This document shows positions 21,793-35,549 of a stretch of DNA of 64,000 bases, one piece after another. The stretch's first letter is position 1. Every line of letters begins with the position of its first letter. The stretch comes from Callorhinchus milii (taxonomy: Eukaryota): positions 63,056,001 through 63,120,000 of the forward strand of contig NW_024704742.1 of NCBI RefSeq assembly GCF_018977255.1. The letters are read 5' to 3'. Made by a program: the position numbers and the translations under genes. A model generated the notes under the pieces. The model did no database searches and was not told the origin of the DNA. It was given only the letters and a program-made list of their open reading frames with translations.

Positions 21793-23829
21793 ACTTACTG
21801 TTTGTTGAACTTTGTATGCAAAATTGGCTGCAACATTCACCTACAAGGTAGCTGTGTACCTTATCCTGGCCAGCAACACCCTAGATAAAACTGATCATGC
21901 AAGGCTCCTTGTGGGACATTGGTTGTCGCGTTTGCCTACAAAATACACAGTTACTACACTTCACAATAAATCTGGAGAAAGCACTTTGCGACAAACATCC
22001 AACATGAAAGGCATTATATAAAATAGAAGTTTTAGTATAGTTTTCGTAGAGACAAGGGCCATTGGTACGGGCCTTGGAATCAGCGTTCCATGCTGCTTCT
22101 CAAGATGCTGACTTTATGTTAAGATGATAAATACAACACAACAACAACAACTTGCACTTATATAGCACCTCTCACACAGGGTAGTGTCCCAGAGTGCTTG
22201 AAATACAGTAGGCTGGGAAACTATCCCATCCACAAAGGTTGCACATGCAACTTCTCCCACAAAATACACAGTCAATTCACTTTATAGTGTATTCTGTGAA
22301 GTGCTTTGATACGTCTTGAAGACGTGATAAGGCGCTATATCAAATAAGTGGAGTATTATTGTTATTATTATGATTATTTATCTTACAATATTGTATGTGC
22401 AAACATATTAGTTGATGCTTAAGTATTTCAATTAAGGAATTTCATAGATCAAGGTCATTTTAGAATAACTGGGGAAACAAATACAATTAACTTGTTTGAG
22501 CTGAATTTTGAAATTTAAATTTACACAGTACCTTTCACATTGGGAGGATATCTCAAAGACCTTTAGATGATGCCTGAATGGGTGTTACAAGTGTAGCTAC
22601 CAGATATTTGTTTAGTGTGCAGTGGAATAAATAGACCAAACGATTATAATTCAAAAGACTAAAGGAAAGAATTATTGATTAGAGAACAGACCAGTTGGCT
22701 GTGTTTGTCTGTGTTTTGAGACAATGAGGCCAGGATTTTTACAGGGTGCTATTACAAATGGAAGTGTTTGATTAACCTCTGGCTTTAAATACAGCAGATG
22801 GATCACTCTTTCTTCGAGCAGATGAATTACGAAGAATTTATTGTAAATCGGTGACATAACAAACTCTGCAATTTATGTGGCATGTAATTACAGCTAATTA
22901 AAATGTGCCAACGAAGAAGCTGAAATTTATCACCATTCATTAAACCTCTAAAGTGTGTGTTAATTAGATGTCAACCTCAGTAACTCACATAAATGTTTTC
23001 TGACAGCATAAATCACACTGAAACTTTAAGGGTGTTTAAAGGTGAGTAACAGAAATGTACACAGTGGATATTGCCCACTGGAGAGCTTTACTCTATAGAT
23101 ACCCTACAAATACCAAAGACCTTATAGCTGCAAGATTAATTACAATTCACTCCCAAGATTGAGTTGCAAGTGATATTTAATTACTTAACATGAAAAAAAA
23201 ATGTGCACTGTTGCAAAGATTTGCTTTGAGTTCCATTTGTACATTTTCCCCATTGTATCACAGCGATCAGGCTCGAATTAAGTTGAATTCAGTAAAGTTT
23301 TGAATGATGCATCTAAAGAGTTTTTAAATAGTTACTTTTTTAAAAAAAAATTAGGAGGCCATTTATACAGTGATACAGTATTGTATTGCCTCCATTCATT
23401 TATTATGCTCTCATGGAGGCTGCAATTTATGTAGTACTTATCAATGTCAGGATATCTCAAAGTGTTTCACGGGTAATTACAGTAGAGTCCCCATAATATC
23501 ATTCATCATTATAACGTAGGTTTGCTTGTAACATTTACTTACCAAACAAACCAAAGTAAAGTCAGAAATCTGGGTAACTCACTGCAAAAACCTGCCGTCT
23601 TTTCACATGCCTAAAAATGGCCGACTTCCAGGCCATTGTAACGCTGCTGAACCTTGGGCCGTCCTCCCGATGTGAACGGCGCTCTATAAATGTAATTTTG
23701 TTGTTGTTGTTGTTGCTGATGTCACTTCCCTTGGCAACCGCATGATGACCTAGAAGATAAGCATTCTGGCTTCCCGCATACAAAAAAATGCATGTGTACA
23801 ATGTATGGGAAGTGATGGCAGCAGTGACA

Positions 23830-24155
23830 ACAACAACTTTCATTTATATAGCACCCCTCACACAGGGTAATGTCCCAGGGGGCTTGACAGAGCCTGATGC
23901 TGAACAAGGGGAAGGTCGGGGTGACCATAGGCATGGTCAAAAAGGAAGATGGGGAAGGAGTTGTCAAGGTGGAGGGAATAGAGGAAGAGTTCTGGGGCAT
24001 AGTGGGTGAAAGTGCAGCCACTGATGGTGGAAGGAGGGCACAAGGGACAAGCAGGAGGTCGGAGCTAGTCAAGCCAAGGCAGTGACTACTGGGTAGTGGG
24101 TTGGAGAGTAAGCGGGTGGGAGAGGTAGGGAGGTGCCAGGGGATGCAGGGATTTC
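23830..24155 (-). mobile_element. L2 3' fragment
   Basis: (CAA)n tail, ATTTATATAGCACC motif and purine-rich body similar to other L2 ends. Confidence 0.75.
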
Positions 24156-24644
24156 ATGCCCTGATGACTTAGCTGACAGTCAACCATTTTTAATAAGCAA
24201 AATGGCAGTCAGTTATTTTTTAAGTGAGCTGTCTTTCTGTGTGCATGTGCAGTAAATGCAAAAACGCTCAAACTCTTCCCAAACAGGCATAAAGTGAATG
24301 GTGGCCAGAACACTGAAGAAACTGCCTTTTCTTTTCAAAGAGTGCCACAAAAAGCTTGTTCCAAAATAATCATCAATTCTCTTGCCTCCAGTATAAAAAC
24401 CTGGCTCATTTCCTTCACAGACAATATTCCCCGAGATCCAACAGCACAGAAATGATTGTAAGCAATGGAGGTGTATTTATTCAAATCATTTCAAATGCAG
24501 TCACTCTACTTTACAATAAATCATGTAAAGCATGTTGAGATGTCCTCCCAACATAAAAGGCACAATAACAAATGCAAGGATTTCTTCAGATAGGAACATG
24601 ACAGATGAGACCTGTGATCTTCTCTGTTTATGTAGCATTCCCCT

Positions 24645-24750
24645 TTTCCCCCAGCTCTCCCTCATTCCCCCAGCACTCCCCTGTTCCCCCAGCTCTCCCT
24701 CATTCCCCCAGTGTTCTTCAGCCCCCAGAGATTCCCTAGTCCCTCAGCAC
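24645..24750 (+). repeat. C-rich ~18-19-bp minisatellite (TTCCCCCAGCTCTCCCTCA-like)
   Basis: TTCCCCCAG recurs four times with near-constant spacing, then degenerates. Confidence 0.85.
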
Positions 24751-25452
24751 TTCACTCCAGGCTGTCACTATGTGGTTCAGTCAGTCAACGATATGTCACT
24801 TAACATTTTTTTTGAAAAATACTGCAAAAAGCACCTGCTTGAGAAGAGGAAATAGGAACAGATTGGAATGAGTTAAACCTCCATGGAATACAATAATCTG
24901 TATGCTGTTGGAGCTCAGGGATTATCGTCTGTGAAAGGAAGCAGGCAGGTCTGTACACTGGAGCGGTGGGGACTGGGGATTATTTTGAAGCTTTGACTCA
25001 ATTTACTTTGTGGTGCAGTGAGTACTCATCTCATGCTCTCCTCCCAGAGACAGAATGGGGTTATAGTGAAATCCACCATCGATTAGATTTTCCACAGTTG
25101 TAGAAGGAATGGGCCATTCGGCTAAATAGTCTTTTCACATTCCATGCTTTCTTGTTTGTTTGCACTCCTTTACACTCCTTCCTACTTCTTTCCTGAACAC
25201 ACTGAATCATCTGCATGAGTACGCCTACACAGTGAGCATTGGAACACTGACCACTTAGGATGAGAGCAATCATAGAATCCTACAGCACAGAAAGAGGCCA
25301 TTTGGGCTATCTTGTCTGCCAAGATCCAATAACTTATTAATAAAAATCCTTGCATTAAGTATAATGTCTTACCACATCGTTGAGACTTCTCGAAGTGCTT
25401 CATAGGATACACTGTAAAGTGGATGAATGTGTATTTTGTGTGTGAACAGTGG

Positions 25453-25830
25453 AACAACAACAATAACTAGCATTTATATAGAGCCCCTCACACAGGGCAG
25501 CATCCCAGAGCACTTGATAGTGGTGGAGCATGATGCCGGAGAGGAGGGATGTGACCGTAGGCAGAGTTGAAGAAGAAGGTCTTCAGGCACAACCTGAAGA
25601 TGGGGAAGGAAGGGGCAAGACGGAGGGAAAGAGAAAGTTTTCCAGAGGAGGATAGTGGCTGACAGTGCATTCACCGATGGTGAAACAAAGAGCATGAGGG
25701 GCATGCAGGAGGCTGGAGCTAGCCCGAGTGGAGGCAGCAGGTAGTGAGTTGGGGAATAAGTAGGTTGGAGAGGTAAGAAGTGTCAGGTCAAGAAGCGATT
25801 TGAAGACGAGTGAGAGGATCTTAAAATAGT
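25453..25830 (-). mobile_element. L2 3' fragment
   Basis: L2 tail and LKTFFFNSAY-like C-terminus on the minus strand. Confidence 0.78.
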
Positions 25831-27076
25831 TGAGGCATTTGAATAGTTGAGGTGGGAGGTGAGAAACACTTGGACGAGTGTTTCTTCTGTACGGAAAAAT
25901 CTCAATGGGATTTTTTTCCTGTGCTCCTACATTCTATATCAGCCACAAAACAGAAGTCATAATTAGGTAACAAATGCAACACATTTCCAACCCAAAGTAG
26001 AAAGCAACAACACAAAAAGGCATCTCTCTCACTCCATCAATTCAATGCATGCGTTCTCTTTACGCTATTTCACTCACAGAGTTTAATGGTAAAATTAATT
26101 CCAATTATAAAGGTACTAGATCAACTGCAATGTTGTAAAGTGTTCTAAACTGGGATATAGCAAATGATGACCATATCACTTTGTGTCTGCTGTAGCACAC
26201 TGTGGCAAGATATTTATTGTCTGCCTTTGTAAGCATTTGCTTTCCCCGAATTGCCAATGGACAGCAAAAACGTCTGACTTTTAAAAGTGTGCAGAGCAGA
26301 GTATTTATTTTAATCATATTATGATTGACATACCATTTCCACATCAGCATCTGCCACTGGGTTACTTGGCTGGGACACTGCACAATTAAAGGCATTTATT
26401 TTCAGAGCGCCAATATATTTTAATGCTCTCTTGCTGCCAAATGGGAAATAACATTTCTGGCTTTAAAGGTTGTTTTTTGCAGTTTTAACATCATCACATT
26501 TTCCAAAATGGGCTTAAATCCATGGTGACTGTTTGTCCCTAATGGACTGCAAGCACCAATTCAGCCAAATATTTGGAGCAGGTCCCATTGACTTACGTAA
26601 GTAAGCATTATTGATATTTTAAACCCAGTCAGCCACCCGCACTATATGTCATACTCAACACAGTTTTTATTACAACTGAGAGATTTAAATCAATAGATTT
26701 ACTAGCTATTTTGGCGGGGTGCTCATTGGAACAAATGTTTTGTCTCTAATGAGCACTTAAATCATTCTGATTTAGTAAGATACCTTCCTAATGATTTTAC
26801 ACTGCATTACTGGCGTGTGTATAATCCCAACCTATATTTGTTATATTGATTTTTTGAAATAGACATAAAGCACAATTTTGCTTGTGACTGTGTTGTAGAT
26901 CAAATACAGAAGTTCTTCTGCCTTATTAAGGGAGTTTCTCCTTGTATCCTGGTCAACAATAAAATTGGTCATTCACTTTGAGGCTATTAGTGGGACATTG
27001 CTGGGTGCAAACTGGCTGCTGCTTTTGCGCACAAAATACTGTCACCGTTTGCCTACAAACAATGTACAGTCACTAT

Positions 27077-27381
27077 GGAGTCCTGTAGCTCAGTGGTTAG
27101 AGCACTCGCTTTGCAAGAGAGTTCAATTCCAGGCAGAGGGCGAAACCTTGGGCAAGTTTCCTTACTCCACACAGAGCCTAATAATAATCCCTCCAAAACC
27201 AAAAACAATTGGTCATTTTCAATCTACGACTGTTTGTGGGACACTGCTGTGCGCAATTGGCTGCCGCGTTTGCCCACAAATATATGGTCAATTCATTTTA
27301 CAGTGTGTTCTGTGAAGCGCTTTGGGACGTCCTCCCGACGTGAAAAGCGCTATATCAAATGCAAATGCAAGGATTATTACT
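27077..27381 (+). mobile_element. tRNA-Ala SINE type A with a small head deletion, nested in an older SINE 3' region
   Basis: GGAGTCCTGTAGCTCAGTGGTTAGAGCACTCGC head; ACTATG on both flanks; host SINE tail continues to ~27460. Confidence 0.92.
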
Positions 27382-28032
27382 ATGCTTTATAATAAATTCT
27401 GTGAAAGCTTTTGACATCTCCTCTTGCCGTGAAAGTGCTATATCAATTTCAAGGATTGTTATATTTTAATCATAAATATGTTTTAGAAAACAGATTAGCA
27501 GTGGCATTGACACTCTGAATGTTCCTCTATTGTAAGAGCACATATCCAAGTTGTTGTTGTTGTTGTTACATAGTAGCTCTGTTTATACACTTGACAGTCA
27601 TATTTGATTCATTTTTAAATCCTTATATATTGTGCACTGTGTAACCAATACCTGAATTCCTTACTCAGTGAACCAGTCTCTGTGTGACTGCTCTGCCCTG
27701 ACATTGTTCATCTCTTACTGCCCATGGCACAATAAATCACTTCATTTGCATAGATCACAGAACTTATTTCTGCTCAATAAGGCAATTCCTTAAATAATTT
27801 GAATTAGATTAGAATTATAGCCACTGGCAAGTTAGGATGTATGGAGCAAAAATGGAGAGTGAAATTGCCTCCACAGTAACTGTAGTTACTACTATGTCAC
27901 TGCATTTGTTACAAATTCCTTGTACCATTGAACCATCAATATAAAACAAACACATCAACTACTTCAGCTCAAACCTCCCAATGCGATGAACTTTGCCTAC
28001 AAAACAGTCGCTCCACTTGTTTATGATTAGGT

Positions 28033-28425
28033 GTCAGTCTGCTTCAATTGGCAGCACTCTCGCTAGTTAGAAGGTTGTGGCTCCAAGGCCCAAGTCAGGA
28101 CTTGGAGCTCACAGTCTAGAGTGAAACTACAGTGCAGTGCTAGGGGTGCAGTCCATCCTTAGAGATGCCATTCTTCTTCTAAGATGTTAAACTGAGGTCT
28201 CGCCTTTCTGTTCTGGTTAACATTAAAGATCCCATGTCACTGGTCAAAAGGAGAAAATTTTCCCGGTGTCCTGGCCAACAATCCCCTAAATAAAATCAGT
28301 CATTCATATCATGGCTGTTAATGAGACACACTATGCTCAAATTAAATGCTGCATTCACCACAACATACACAATCACTTTACTTTAGAGTAAATTCTGTGC
28401 AGCGCTTTGAAACATTTCGATGAAG
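28033..28425 (+). mobile_element. Near full-length Deu-domain SINE
   Basis: Head GGCAGCACTCTCGC...AGAAGGTTGTGG and core ACATTAAAGATCCCATGTCACT...CCCGGTGTCCTGGCCAA. Confidence 0.85.
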
Positions 28426-31312
28426 TGACTTCCTTCCTTTATATTTTGCTTGTATGTCTGTTCCAGAAAATTTGCCTGCTGTAAAAAAAAAGCCTCCCAA
28501 TCTTTTGCGGTTATGTATAGTTTGCCAGAGTTGTTCTGTATTATTCTCATTCACAACATTTAATGGCAATGCGGTATTCATATCCTGAACAGCCATATAT
28601 CACCATGCTTGTGTCATTTACAAAACTGCCGGTCTGCACTTAGTAGAAATTTAAATGGAAAGAGCTACAAACTATATTGCAGAGCATGCCTTACGAGTTG
28701 CTTTCTGAGGACATGACTCCCATTTACCTCGTGGATAAGATTGGAATACACAAGAGAGGGAGTCCAGGACACAATTGACCTTCTTCAAACAGGATGACAT
28801 TCAAGATATTTTGAGACGTGGAATAAAGAAATGAGAATTGCAGAACTTGCACAATAAGTCAGAGTGATCCAGTGGCCAGTAGATGCAAGAATCATTGGTT
28901 TCTAAGGTCAAATCTACATTATCTATTCTATGCCTTAGGTTTTGTACAGACCTTTCCAAAGAATATGATATGAATGGGTCAGGCACGATTTGCCATAATG
29001 GGAGTCACTACAAGCTGTTGGAAAAATAATACATCATTATATCTATTTATTTTATTTCCAGTACACCTTGACAGTAATGGTTAGCTTTGCAAATGATTCA
29101 AATCAATGAATATAAACAAAGGTGTTTTTGACGTCATTTAATGAATAATATTCCTTGCATTTTATGTAGTGCCTTATTACATCATCGAGATGCCTCAAAG
29201 AGCTTCACAGGATTTTATTAATGTGCAGTGACTATGTATTTGTAAGCAAACACGGCAGTCAATTTGTGCACAGCAAGTTCCACAAATAGCCATGAGGCGA
29301 ATGACCTCTCTGTTAGGACGTTCGCAATCAAAATAGCAGCTTTTCAGATTCTGCTGGAACTGCCACAAAAAGGGCTAAGTCTGCACTGACATTTGGGTTT
29401 GACACACACAGGATTACAAGGATGTAACACACTGAAATCTTGTACTTGTCAGGCCAAGATGCCAGCCCAGCCGTTTGGTAAGTACCACCCTAAGCAAACT
29501 TTCTTTTCCTCCTTTGGTTGAACTTCATACACATCAAAGGAATATATATTAGTCCTGAGGAATGGAACATTTTATCAAATCAAGCACTCAGGATCCACAT
29601 CAAGCTCTCTCAGGTCAGGTACAGCACAGTCAACTGCTCAATGAAGCTCCCTATCTTCTGTCTTCCAAATGTGCCACAGTTGACATGTCAGACACTACTG
29701 CACTGGTATGCCATTTCCATTTGTCACATTATTCCACCTTGTGGGCCTTTTGAGTCTCTAAGAACATTTTTAAAAGCATCAGAAAATCAGCTTCCAATTT
29801 AAGATTGCTTTTAAGAATTTTCCAAAATTTCCCACAATCTCAAATCTTGAGCTAATAATGATGATGAACTTAGCTTTTATACCATGATTCACAAAAAGAA
29901 ATCCTTGAATTTGATATAGTATTTTATCACCTTTTGGAGACATCTCAAAGTTTAGGAGAAATGTCAAGCTTGGGTGAGTACAGAGGTCAATGGGATAAAT
30001 TCCAAAGTAATCATATTAGAGGATCATTGGTACATGCACAATGCTGTTGGCTAACTGCACATGTAATGTGATTGAGTGGTTCTGGAAGCTGGAGAATTTA
30101 TGTTCAGAGATGTATTCTACACTAGCCAATGTCTGGCTGCAAAGCAGTCATCCGTGGTTGAATGCACATTTATCATTGTGGCTCCACTGAACATCATCAT
30201 TTCCTCAGGAATTTGGACCCATGCAAGCATAAATATTATGACTGTAGTTACGTTCAACTTTTCCGGAGCGCTTTACCGAACAGCTGAACTGAATGCTGTT
30301 GTGCACTATAAAAGAGATATGGGTACAATTATGCCCCTACTCCATGTGGTACAATGCTTAATTTGTGCTTGGATGTGAATAACAATATTGTATTAAAGTC
30401 TCGACAGTGAGCATTTGTCCAAAGTGGGGCTTGAACCCACAAGCTTCTGATGTAAGGCCTGGAATGCTATCAATTGAACCTTCCAGGTTTCATTGCTCCG
30501 GATGAAATAAGTTAATCACTGGTCATAGCACTTATGATATAGGGTTAAATCCCTACTGAAAGACAACTAAATCCCTGCAAGGACATGGAGGCAGAGCTGA
30601 ACAGTGAACAGGTTCGTTATATTCAGTTCTGAAAAGACCAAATCAATAATTTTGTCAGAAAGCTTGCCTATGACTTTGCCCTCAGACCTTTCCTGCTTTA
30701 TATACCCAGCTGGCTTCAACTTAAAAACAGCCAGCTCCTGAACATGGTAATCACCTCTGAAACATGTTGGGCGAAGATACCAGAAAAACTATTAGGAAAG
30801 TGGAAATTCTCAAGAAAGTTGCTCTTGTGGCTCAGTCTGTGTCTGCCCTGTGATGGAATTATAAATCCTGGTTTGGCAGGATATAGGGAAAACCCATTTC
30901 TTGTTCAACCCATCTCATAGCCACAATAAAAGTCCAATGTCATTGAGAAATCTGGACTGGATGTCTATTCCATCTTCTCCTTTGTGAAAACCCATCCTTA
31001 ACAACATTACGGAAATGTCAGCAGGCTTTAAGCCCTTGTAACAGGATCACAGCCAAAGGATCTTCATCCAATCTAATCTTGTGCCACAAACAGATACTTT
31101 GTGGCGTTGATGTTTTATATTACCATTTACAACCCCAAAGCTTATGTTAAGTCCTATCTTTTTGATCACATTTTTGGTCACCTTCAGCCCATAACCCCCA
31201 CCCACCATCTTCCTCCTTCAAGGCTCGGTCTCCCATTAGGCTGTGTAAAGTACTTTGAGACGTCCCCTCAACACAAAAGGCACTATAGTAATAATAATAC
31301 TTGCATTTAATA

Positions 31313-31728
31313 TAAGAACATAAGAAATGCTAGACGAAAAAAGACCAAGGTCCATATAGTTCGCCTTCCACCTTCCTGGCAGTCGCATGCACATATGTCC
31401 CGAACTGCCTATGTACTATATCCCACAATGTTATTTCCTAAAAGAAACCTAATGCATTAATTTAATCTGTGTTTGAAAGAATCAACACTTTTTGATTCAA
31501 CAGTCTGCCTAGGGAGTGTGTTCCACAGGTTCACTATTCACTCACTAAAATAATTTTTGCATAGATTCATTCTGAATTTCACCCCCTTCAATTGCAGACC
31601 TTGTCCTCTGCTTTTAGTATTGTGGAGAAGTTGAAACAGCCTGTCATGATCTATATTGTCTAGCCCCTTTCAAATCTTAAAGACAGCAATCATGTCGCTT
31701 CTCAAACTTCTCTTTTCCAGCATGAGGA
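31313..31728 (-). mobile_element. CR1 3' fragment of a further subfamily
   Basis: TAAGAACATAAGAA octamer tail; minus-strand similarity to the CR1 C-terminus; 3' UTR differs from both long copies. Confidence 0.8.
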
Positions 31729-31796
31729 TGTCCATATATTGCCTTATCATGTTTCGAGACGTCTGGAAGTGCTTCACAGAGTATATTACTACTAAT

Positions 31797-32150
31797 AAAA
31801 TACTAATTCTTGCATTTTACATAGCACCTTATCACGTCTTCAAGACATTGAAAGCACTTCACAGAATATACTTTAAAGTGAATTTGCTGCATATTTTTGT
31901 GGGCAAAACGTGGCAGCCAATTGTGCACAGCAGGGTCTCTCAAATAGTTGGAGCTTGAGTGACCAAATTATTAACTTTTTTTGAAGGGTTTATTACCCTT
32001 GGAAAAGCAATCCGGCAATCAACTAACAACCAGGTTCTTACTTACTGCCAAGTGAACAGAGACATGTGGAGTAAGGAACTTGCCTAATGTTTCGCCCTGC
32101 CGGGGAATCAAACCCAAGGCGAGTGCCCTAACCACTACGCTATAGGACTC
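31797..32150 (-). mobile_element. tRNA-Ala SINE long type B
   Basis: SINE head and tail plus the extra internal segment (CTGTTCACTTGGCAGTAAGTAAGAACCTGGTTGTTAG on minus). Confidence 0.88.
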
Positions 32151-33699
32151 TAGCTGTTGTTGTAAACCCCTGCCTTCTTGCCCTCTTGCTTTGCTCTCTG
32201 AGGGCATTCAAAAGTACTTTTCTGGGTTAACTTCCTCAATCCCATTGCTCTCTATCCCTTTGAGAAAAGTTCTTTAAAGATGCTCACTGACCTCCAAAGT
32301 TTATTAAACTATAAACTGTAGAATATTCATCCTTCTCCTTGTCTCTATTAATCAGCCCTTGCAGTCCACACCCTCACCCCCCAGAAACAGCTTGGAAGAA
32401 GCTATATGGAAGACTCCAACACTACTTAACAAACTTGAATTTAGACAAATACATTTTCTATGACTTCACATCTGCTTCCTGATGAAATGGGAAAATGGTC
32501 TTTGTGACAGAGTAGAGCAAATCCTCAGAAAGGCGTGTTGAGCAATATGGCATTTGGTGTTTATCAGCAAGCTCACAGAATATTTATTGGTTCTTTGTAC
32601 TTACACTTGAGAGAATTCGAAAAATACCATCCATTGGCTTCAAATGTCAGTTCTAAAAATGTCAACATTATTCACTGCTGAAGAGGTTGATGTATCGATC
32701 ATGGTGCTGAAGTATGATTGGACAAGTTGTTCATGCTTTCTATCGATCTTAATCTTAAGAAAATATTGCTGATAACTGCAAAGCATATCTTACAACACAG
32801 CTAGGTTTGTACAATGTTTGTGCTATAATGTTGAATTGTTAATATATTGACACCTGTAGTGGCCTCAAGAAATGAAACAAAATTGGGAGTTCTACTAAAT
32901 TTTTAATATGTTTGGTGTAGAATATTGACTCTGAGAATTTATTGAGTCCGGCAATATGAGCGAAGTGAATTGTAAGTATAGTTGAAGTAAACAAGATCAC
33001 AAGATTGGTTTGTATGAAAAAGGCCCTTCAGTCCATCTAATCTCATTCCTCCATAATACCCATCCTATTTTCCTTGTATCACAACAACAAACTACGTTTT
33101 AAATGTACACAGTGTCCTGGCCTCAATCATCCTTCTTGGCAACCAGTTCCAATTATTAATTGCCCTCTGAATAAAGAAAAGCTTCCTGATATCTCTCCTT
33201 AAATTGCCCTTTGCAATTCTTTCACTGAATGATGCCAAAGTAACATCTGGGACTATTGATGTTAATTCTTCACTTCCCTGTTAAATTTAATAACTTCTCC
33301 AAGCCAATAACAAGGATAGTTGGGCATGAGAAAAGGCCACTCGGTCACCAAAGCTCATTTTACTAGTTCAAGCTATCTATCTGTTTTCTTTCTCATATCT
33401 ATCTTAAATTTACATTTCACTAATTCCAGTTCATACCCTTTGCTTGGCTTACTTTAAAACACTAGGCTGGGTTTATCTTACTTATACCATGACATGGTTT
33501 ATATATTTTGATGAGATCCCCTTAAACTGGCTATAAAGCTTTAAACTTCTCTTATCCTTCTTCATTGCTCATCGTCTTTACATTTGGGATCAGTGTTGTT
33601 GCTCGTTTCTGTACCATTACTGATGCATGTCCATGTTTTCTGTTGCATGGTGGCCTGATCAGAATGCAATTTTCTCAGGAAAGAGCCAGATATTGTATG

Positions 33700-33978
33700 G
33701 GAGTCAGGGACTAAGGCACAAGAAGAGAGGTAGGAGAGCTTAGGAGAGATGTTTTCACTCAGAGTTATTGGGATATGGATTGCCCTGTCAAGTAAGATGG
33801 TAGAGGCTCAGTCTATTGTGGGTTTTGAAGACAGAAGTAAACGATAGATGAAGGATAAAGGCTTGAACAGTTATGGGGATAAAGCAGAGCAGTGGAATTA
33901 AATGAGCACTTTGCTCTGATAGCCGGTGCAGACTCAATGGGCCAGAAGGCCTCCTTCTGTGCAGTAAATTTCTATGAT
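33700..33978 (+). mobile_element. CR1 3' end fragment
   Basis: TTTTCACTCAGAG...GCCGGTGCAGACTCAATGGGCCAGAAGGCCTCCTTCTGTGC..TTCTATGA, like 12850-13090. Confidence 0.88.
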
Positions 33979-35549
33979 ATTGTGTTTTTGCATGAAATGG
34001 GTAGATCATTGGAAGAAATTTGCTGTATGAAGGGAAAAAAATGAAGTTGATTTTGTCATCTACTTAATGACAGGTTTAACACCATCCTCTCAAACTCTGA
34101 AGAATGTTTTGTTCCTTGGCTATTTATTGTTGGAGACACCGTCCTTGGAATTAGCTGGAATTAGTGAAATGTAAATTTAAGACAGATATGAGAAAGAAAA
34201 CTGATAGATAGTTTGAACTAGTAAAATGAGCTTGCTCCTCCCTAGCTCAGAGAGCATTGAGGCCACTTCTAGCACTTTGACTGCTGCCCCTGTCTTGAGA
34301 TCAGTTAACTCAGCATTGACCTTGCAACTCTCTGGCTTACTGCTACACTGGACGGAATGTGTTGTGCCAAATATTGTACACTGAAAAAGCATCTGGCTTG
34401 ATACCAGATCATGAGCATTGATCTGCCATTTTAATCCTGTACTCATGCAAACCATTATGTACACTCGTACAACACAATTAATGGATTTGCTAAGTCATTA
34501 GCTAAACTTGTCTTTCTTCTTTACTAAAATCAGAAACCATTCCTATTTCCTAACCTTATTTTGTCCCATACTTAACCATAAATACATTAAATAAGGGGGA
34601 TAAAGGCAGAGAGGATGACTTACTATGTTGTTTGTATTATTCAAAAATATAACACCCTCAGATGACTAATAGTAATTTTCTTTACTGAGCATTTTAATGT
34701 AAAATAAACAACCAGATGTATTTTAAATACAATGAATGTTGTTATATAAGCATTACTATTTTCCCTTAAACAATAATAATCCTTGCATTTGACATGGCAT
34801 CTTATCCCGTCATCAAGACATCTCAAAGGATTAAAATCGCACAAGATTTTACTATGAAGTATAGTTTCTGTATTTTTAGGCAAGTATTGAGATAAACAGC
34901 CAATTAACTTGAATTTGGGATAAATTTAGATGAGGAGTGGATTATAAACCAGAATAACTGCAAGAAAGACTCTATATTATCTAATAATTTTTTCTTATCT
35001 TTTTTCCAAATATATAACTGTTTTTCTGGTTGTTTCCATGCAAACCTGTATATTTATTTTCTATCTACAACTACATACCTGGTCTGGTGTCTTTTCTACT
35101 TCTCTTCTGCATGTAATCCATTGGTGTAATATAGCTCTTGTACCTGGGGATCTTTTCAATGGTGGAAGAATCATTGAAATTCCCTGATGGTGCAGTATCA
35201 GGGAAATGAATGAGTTAAACATTTACTTTGGGTGCTTTGAGTGAGATATCTCTAAACTTCCCTTACATTAACATGTTGCTTACCGGAGTTCCAATGTCCT
35301 GCCTTTGAAATCCTGTACTTGGCCCACTGCTGGCTACCATCTGCTCATTGCTCATTTATGTGCTCTGATACGCTAACCTCAGATGTTATATAAATTCAAG
35401 TTGTTGTTTATTGTTCCTGGGTGTGTTGCCTGTCTGAAGACATATTACTGTAAATCAATAAGTTCAGAACAAAACATGGCTCACAGCTGGCTCCATATTT
35501 TCTCTAAGAATGAGCAGCTGGGATTATAGAGCTCCTTGTACACTGGGTG

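Noticed and set aside
21552..21851. Recurrent small ORFs (YDCLWDIAVRNWLP...; also 27075-27392, 52584-52805) as a protein family
   Set aside because: They are translations of SINE copies, with variable frames and starts.
30066..30090. VIEWFWK resembling a HECT-domain motif
   Set aside because: No continuation of HECT sequence and no splice context.
32605..32755. Minus-strand exon ending at a good GTAAGT donor
   Set aside because: The long frame hits a stop and the short alternative peptide is unrecognisable; no supporting neighbouring exons.
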